Assembly: GCF_041956535.1 (NCBI RefSeq)
Contig: NW_027192197.1
Span: forward strand, 889,647-953,646
Reading direction: 5' to 3'
Source of the DNA: Calcarisporiella thermophila CBS 279.70
Lineage: Eukaryota > Fungi > Calcarisporiellomycota
DNA: 64,000 nucleotides
Part shown: positions 63,801-64,000 of the stretch, in pieces
How positions within the stretch are numbered: the first letter of the stretch is position 1
Layout: each line of letters begins with the position of its first letter
Notes under the pieces: model-generated
Seen by the model: the letters and a program-made list of their open reading frames with translations, nothing else
Told to the model about the DNA's origin: nothing
The model's database searches: none
Made by a program: the position numbers and the translations under genes

Positions 63801-64000
63801 AAAAGGTATTTAGATTTGGGAAAATAGCCATTGTTACCTGATCGATTGAAATCACGAAAATGCCGCGAAGTGCATCTGTCATCATTGCAGACACCACCCG
63901 ATAGTTCGTACTGGCATAGAATTGCAAACGGATCTGTTTTCTCTGTGAAAGTTTCTGACCGATATCCTCCCGTTTTGGCAACCCCCAGATAATCTGTATT
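60853..64000 (-). CDS. ZFC3H1/Red1-like nuclear exosome adaptor, 3' part only (runs off the window end)
   Basis: C3H1 finger DPFAILCQYELSGGVCNDDRCTSRHFRD near 63850-63935; HAT/TPR-like IELWILYA...DKALAVLSRALTINPESEWLWNFYLEL. The 3' exons are approximate. Confidence 0.78.

Noticed and set aside
62869-63981. Treating the 370-aa and 355-aa ORFs as separate genes
   Set aside because: They are exons of one ZFC3H1-like gene; the listed N-terminus is out of frame with the zinc-finger exon.

Overview
Eukaryotic, gene-dense DNA with short (about 55-120 nt) GT-AG introns, most consistent with an early-diverging (non-Dikarya) fungus. Fungal hallmarks (Hsp12, Whi2, Opi1, Lys9, Arp9, a fungal transcription-factor domain) sit beside genes better known from animals (MESH1/HDDC3, OCRL-type 5-phosphatase, ZFC3H1, a STIL-like protein). 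About 30 protein genes were reconstructed by hand; no rRNA, tRNA or CRISPR array was found. Main observations: (1) APC11 can only encode its conserved N-terminus through a single-nucleotide exon (G at 38118). (2) A MESH1/HDDC3 pair consists of an intact hydrolase and an intact, identically spliced paralog with most catalytic residues replaced. (3) A 227-aa mini-STIL carries STIL_N-like and STAN-like motifs. (4) A stand-alone Gypsy/Ginger-type integrase has lost two DDE residues and sits behind three uORFs. (5) An unexplained three-hairpin element lies upstream of MESH1. (6) E2F-, MCB- and SCB-like boxes are stacked in the SMC1 promoter. All family assignments come from recalled motifs, not database searches, and exon boundaries are manual.
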